IMG/VR virus record: IMGVR_UViG_3300044731_001504
Location: 1 to 60,676 of that record
Length of the DNA stretch: 60,676 bases
Direction: 5' to 3' (one strand)
Source: a virus
Taxonomy: Duplodnaviria > Caudoviricetes
Each line of letters begins with the position of its first letter. Position 1 is the first letter of the stretch. Positions 57,397 through 60,676 of this stretch are shown piece after piece. Under the pieces are notes generated by a model. That model was not told the DNA's origin, ran no database searches, and was given only the letters and a program-made list of their open reading frames with translations. A program made the position numbers and the translations under genes.

Positions 57397-58350
57397 TAAA
57401 TTATTCTTAATCAAGTTATAATAAAACTTGCTAATATCATCAGGTGAAGTTATATTACGCTCCCTCAATCGTGCTCTAATATTTTCAATAAAGGCAACAA
57501 GATGAGATTCAGGAACGGTTTTATACATTTCAACGGGAATATATTTTTTATCAATTAATCCCATAACTTGCAGTTCCCTGATTTTCCGTGATGCAAAATT
57601 ATCGGCAGTTGTTTCAATTTGCTTCATAAACTTGGCGGTATCAACAACGGAGATTTCATCGTTATAAAATTCATTCATTTTTTCAATACCATATTTCTTA
57701 TACTGATACTGATGGGCAATTTCGTGAAATATAACAAACAAAGCAAATCCCAATGGACGACCAAGAATAACATTATTAATTAATACCCCGTTATGCAATG
57801 CCGCCCCAAGGGCAGCATATTTAAATTCAGAAAATTCTATTTTCTGACAACCTGATTTCTCAATAAAATTTACAACAAAATCAACCAATTCATCTGACAT
57901 ATTAAATTTTGATTTCAAGGTTTCAATAAAATCCCCAAGACCAGATGTTTCCTCATTAATAATACGTTCAACCAAATTTGATTCTGACAATCTTGATTTA
58001 GGAAGGCTACTATACCCTTTATCAATATAATTCCTCAAATAAGATTCAACCTTATCTGAAAAGAATTTAATAACCATTTCGGATGGGATGGAATTAATTA
58101 TTTTTAACTTTTCAATGGATGGATAATGGTCGTCAGGTGTTAAACTATTAAATCTAGAATCATATTTAAAATGAAATTCATACCCATGATTATATCCAAA
58201 TATTTCCCCTTTTTTATAAAGATATACCGTGGCAGTTATTTTATCGAGCCCGTTATCATACCTATAAATAATATCAAATGTGATACCAAGTTGTTTAAAT
58301 AGGTTTGATAATAATTCAACAGATTTATTTTCAGTTATAAGATATTTCAT
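57394..58350 (-). CDS. two-module protein with an internal leader copy and HExxH metalloprotease-like domain
   Basis: start MKYLITEN; internal RLSESNLVERIINEE; IFHEIAHQYQ...E..AD. Confidence 0.7.
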   Translation of the reverse strand: MKYLITENKSVELLSNLFKQLGITFDIIYRYDNGLDKITATVYLYKKGEIFGYNHGYEFHFKYDSRFNSLTPDDHYPSIEKLKIINSIPSEMVIKFFSDKVESYLRNYIDKGYSSLPKSRLSESNLVERIINEETSGLGDFIETLKSKFNMSDELVDFVVNFIEKSGCQKIEFSEFKYAALGAALHNGVLINNVILGRPLGFALFVIFHEIAHQYQYKKYGIEKMNEFYNDEISVVDTAKFMKQIETTADNFASRKIRELQVMGLIDKKYIPVEMYKTVPESHLVAFIENIRARLRERNITSPDDISKFYYNLIKNNL

Positions 58351-58426
58351 ATTCCAATAAATACAAAAAATTTCCAAAAATTTTTTTTCACATATGACCC
58401 TTCATTATCGTTGGGAGGTCATGTTC

Positions 58427-58687
58427 TCAAAATACAATATTTCCATATATCCTTTTATACTCATTAAGGTCATTCTTTAAATTGATAACATACTGACGAT
58501 AATCAATAACATCATCAAATCTAAACCTTTCATTCTCCTCCTCTCGTTGAAATAAGTTATCAATGGAATCATTAATCTCAGATAATATCTCCTGATATAT
58601 TCTTTCCCTATCAATACATTCCCTTAACTCTGACCTCAAGTCAAATACCTCACCTTCCAATTCCTGAATTCTTTCATTGTCTTCCAT
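58427..58687 (-). CDS. coiled-coil hypothetical protein
   Basis: likely start MEDNERIQELE. Confidence 0.65.
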   Translation of the reverse strand: MEDNERIQELEGEVFDLRSELRECIDRERIYQEILSEINDSIDNLFQREEENERFRFDDVIDYRQYVINLKNDLNEYKRIYGNIVF

Positions 58688-58694
58688 CACCCAA

Positions 58695-58937
58695 TTATTT
58701 AGTGTCAGAGAATGAATCTGTATTAATAAACTCAGACTCCAAATGTTTAATAACAGACCTAAGGGTCTGACCCTGCAACTCAGGGGTTTCCCTACTACGA
58801 ATGGCCAACGCAATACCCCCACATAATACAGATATAATATCATCCATATTCATATCACTCTTAGCCCTTATGTTATAAAAAAATCTATTGTCCCTTAATT
58901 CAACATCCACAATAACTGATAATTTAATTTCTTCCAT
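58695..58937 (-). CDS. hypothetical protein
   Basis: 80-aa ORF. Confidence 0.6.
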   Translation of the reverse strand: MEEIKLSVIVDVELRDNRFFYNIRAKSDMNMDDIISVLCGGIALAIRSRETPELQGQTLRSVIKHLESEFINTDSFSDTK

Positions 58938-59617
58938 ATATTAATCATAAAATAAAAAAACCAAATTCTCAAAATTTTTCCAAAAATTTATTTTTAATAT
59001 TTCCCCTCTTTATAAAAGAAGGGGTCATGTTTTAGAAAAAAATTTCCAAAAAATTTTATCGATGGGATTGTAGGGGTATTTTGACCAAAAAAACCCCTTA
59101 TATGGGGGGGATACGGGGGGAGGGGGTACCCCATAGTACAGGGTGGGGGGTGGTACCCCTACCTATAGGGGGGTATTAGTTATTCACAAGATACTAACAC
59201 CCCCATGTTCATAAGTTTATTTGTATTGTTTAATCTTACATTGCACACCACCCTTAACGGTGCTGTGGGGTAGAAAGTTTAGGTCCTTATTCATTTGACA
59301 AATATACGGCAACATTATTCCCCCACCAAATAAATGTTTACCTTATTGATGAGGGAAACAATTGTTAATAACTTTGTTTGGGGGTTTCATATTTCTGCCG
59401 TAACTTAGCTTGGTGCCTTATATATTTTTTTTATTGGACAAATCTTAGTGCTAAGGTACGACAAAGAAATTTAACATACAACTTTTATTTCAATTATTTT
59501 TGCCATAACTTTGCCCCGTAACTGTATGATGATATGGGGACCGAGTATACTCCACCCTGCCTTATATTTTTATAAGAAATATTTGTGGGGGTGAAATGAT
59601 TGCCGTATATTTGCCTC
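58938..59617. other. long noncoding region between divergent genes; candidate origin or early control region
   Basis: A/T tracts, G-run block 59104-59173, TTATTCACA at 59180, divergent TTGCCGTATATTTG elements. Confidence 0.45.
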
Positions 59618-60004
59618 ATGAGTTACACCATTGACACCCAAAGAAGCAAAGCCATCAGAAAGATGATGAAGAACAAAACCATCACCATCCCCACAAGTGA
59701 GTTCTCAAGCTATACTCTATCACATCTTGCATCTGATATCCAAATTAGATTTGTTAATGTGGATAATGGAATATTCTATGTTGACTATGGGGTTGAGGTT
59801 TCATATACCTTCGACCATGGTGTTACTGACTACGTTAAAAAAAGATTACCCATACTTGTTAGGAATGAAGTTAGAGCCAACTCAAAGGTTAGAAAGTTTT
59901 TTAAGTTATACCTTATGAACTTTGGGGTTAAGACAAGTCATATCAAATCAATTAAAATCAAGTCCAATGAAATTAAAATCAAGTCCAATGAAGCTAAGTC
60001 ATAA
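59618..60004 (+). CDS. hypothetical protein
   Basis: likely start MSYTID directly after a TATATTTG element. Confidence 0.65.
   Translation: MSYTIDTQRSKAIRKMMKNKTITIPTSEFSSYTLSHLASDIQIRFVNVDNGIFYVDYGVEVSYTFDHGVTDYVKKRLPILVRNEVRANSKVRKFFKLYLMNFGVKTSHIKSIKIKSNEIKIKSNEAKS
59951..59992 (+). repeat. perfect 21-bp tandem duplication
   Basis: ATTAAAATCAAGTCCAATGAA x2. Confidence 0.9.
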
Positions 60005-60380
60005 ATGTGATAAATACTCAATCAAGGAACTACGTCGTGTGGGGAAGTTGGTGATTAAAGCATCAAGGGAAATCATTGGTCACGGAAACAAACCAATCCC
60101 CAAGCTTCATATTAGAAACACCCTCAAGGATATGTATGGATTATATTGTTATTCCCATAAGATATTCATTAACCCATCACAATGCAAAAAGATGTCAGTC
60201 TTCGTTGGGGTTATCATTCATGAATACACCCACCACATTCAGAAGGGTCTTAAACAAAACTATGATGGTTCAGTTAAGAAGTATGGTTATTACGACTGCC
60301 CCTTTGAAGTGGAAGCAAGAGGTAACGCAAAGAAGTATAAGAAGAAAGTATGGAAGAAGGTTAAACAAGAATTGTCCTGA
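59988..60380 (+). CDS. small HExxH metalloprotease-like protein
   Basis: YGLY...IFIN...IIHEYTHHIQ...PFEVEAR. Confidence 0.7.
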   Translation: MKLSHKCDKYSIKELRRVGKLVIKASREIIGHGNKPIPKLHIRNTLKDMYGLYCYSHKIFINPSQCKKMSVFVGVIIHEYTHHIQKGLKQNYDGSVKKYGYYDCPFEVEARGNAKKYKKKVWKKVKQELS

Positions 60381-60606
60381 CATAATCTGACAACTTGGCA
60401 ATGGGTGCTTCGATATCCTTGAACAACTCTGTGAACTCAGGGGTAAATGTATAGTTTGTTAATATCTTTACATCCCCCTGATATCTTGTTCTCTCCACCC
60501 TATACTCCATCTTCCCCACCTTGATATCCTTATGGTACAAATAAACAAGGGTAAAATCACCCACCTTGTCAGACATTATTCTTAAATTGTTGATAATATT
60601 TTCCAT
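60361..60606 (-). CDS. hypothetical protein
   Basis: 81-aa ORF with ATG. Confidence 0.5.
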   Translation of the reverse strand: MENIINNLRIMSDKVGDFTLVYLYHKDIKVGKMEYRVERTRYQGDVKILTNYTFTPEFTELFKDIEAPIAKLSDYVRTILV

Positions 60607-60676
60607 CTGTTGATATGATTAGAGGGGATTGTTAATAACTTTATTTGTTAAATTTCTTGATTTTGTCAAAATGTCA

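Noticed and set aside
957-60390. Many 60-150 aa ORFs antisense to or nested in longer genes (e.g. 1909-2367, 9211-9657, 12538-12936, 16336-16644, 60076-60390)
   Set aside because: They overlap well-supported genes, mostly use non-ATG starts and show no motifs.
1-60676. Stop-codon reassignment as seen in some large phages
   Set aside because: Conserved genes are full length and coding density is high under the standard code; TAG and TGA both end genes at sensible positions.

Overview
This AT-rich, densely coding window (standard code) looks like part of a large T4-like or jumbo phage genome, most likely infecting a Bacteroidota host. Host evidence is TAnnTTTG promoter elements, no obvious Shine-Dalgarno sites, and Bacteroidota-style TonB and DUF4494-like genes. 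1-11 kb holds the head module: partial core protein, gp21-type prohead protease, gp20-type portal and gp17-type terminase. 11-17 kb holds a ClpC-type ATPase lacking its N-domain, a metallopeptidase, a complete tmRNA with an unusual 21-aa tag, and a 10x CxxC zinc-finger protein. Next come a glycosylation locus (rmlB, multidomain glycosyltransferase, methyltransferase-like), large membrane-segment proteins, a GH19 endolysin, PPK2, a truncated class II aaRS paralogue, FKBP, a pyrimidine-dimer glycosylase, DHFR and TonB. The strongest cross-cutting pattern is a TATTTAT motif just upstream of 25 or more genes. Many of these encode unrelated domains fused to a few shared N-terminal leaders (MKKVVRLTESDL..LVKRVIKE, MKYLITES) containing T4-protease-like (I/L)xE sites, which suggests a cassette-based system for packaging diverse cargo proteins into the capsid. 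A G-rich noncoding block at ~59 kb with DnaA-box-like motifs and divergent promoters may be an origin or early control region. All calls come from reading motifs by eye; no database searches were run.
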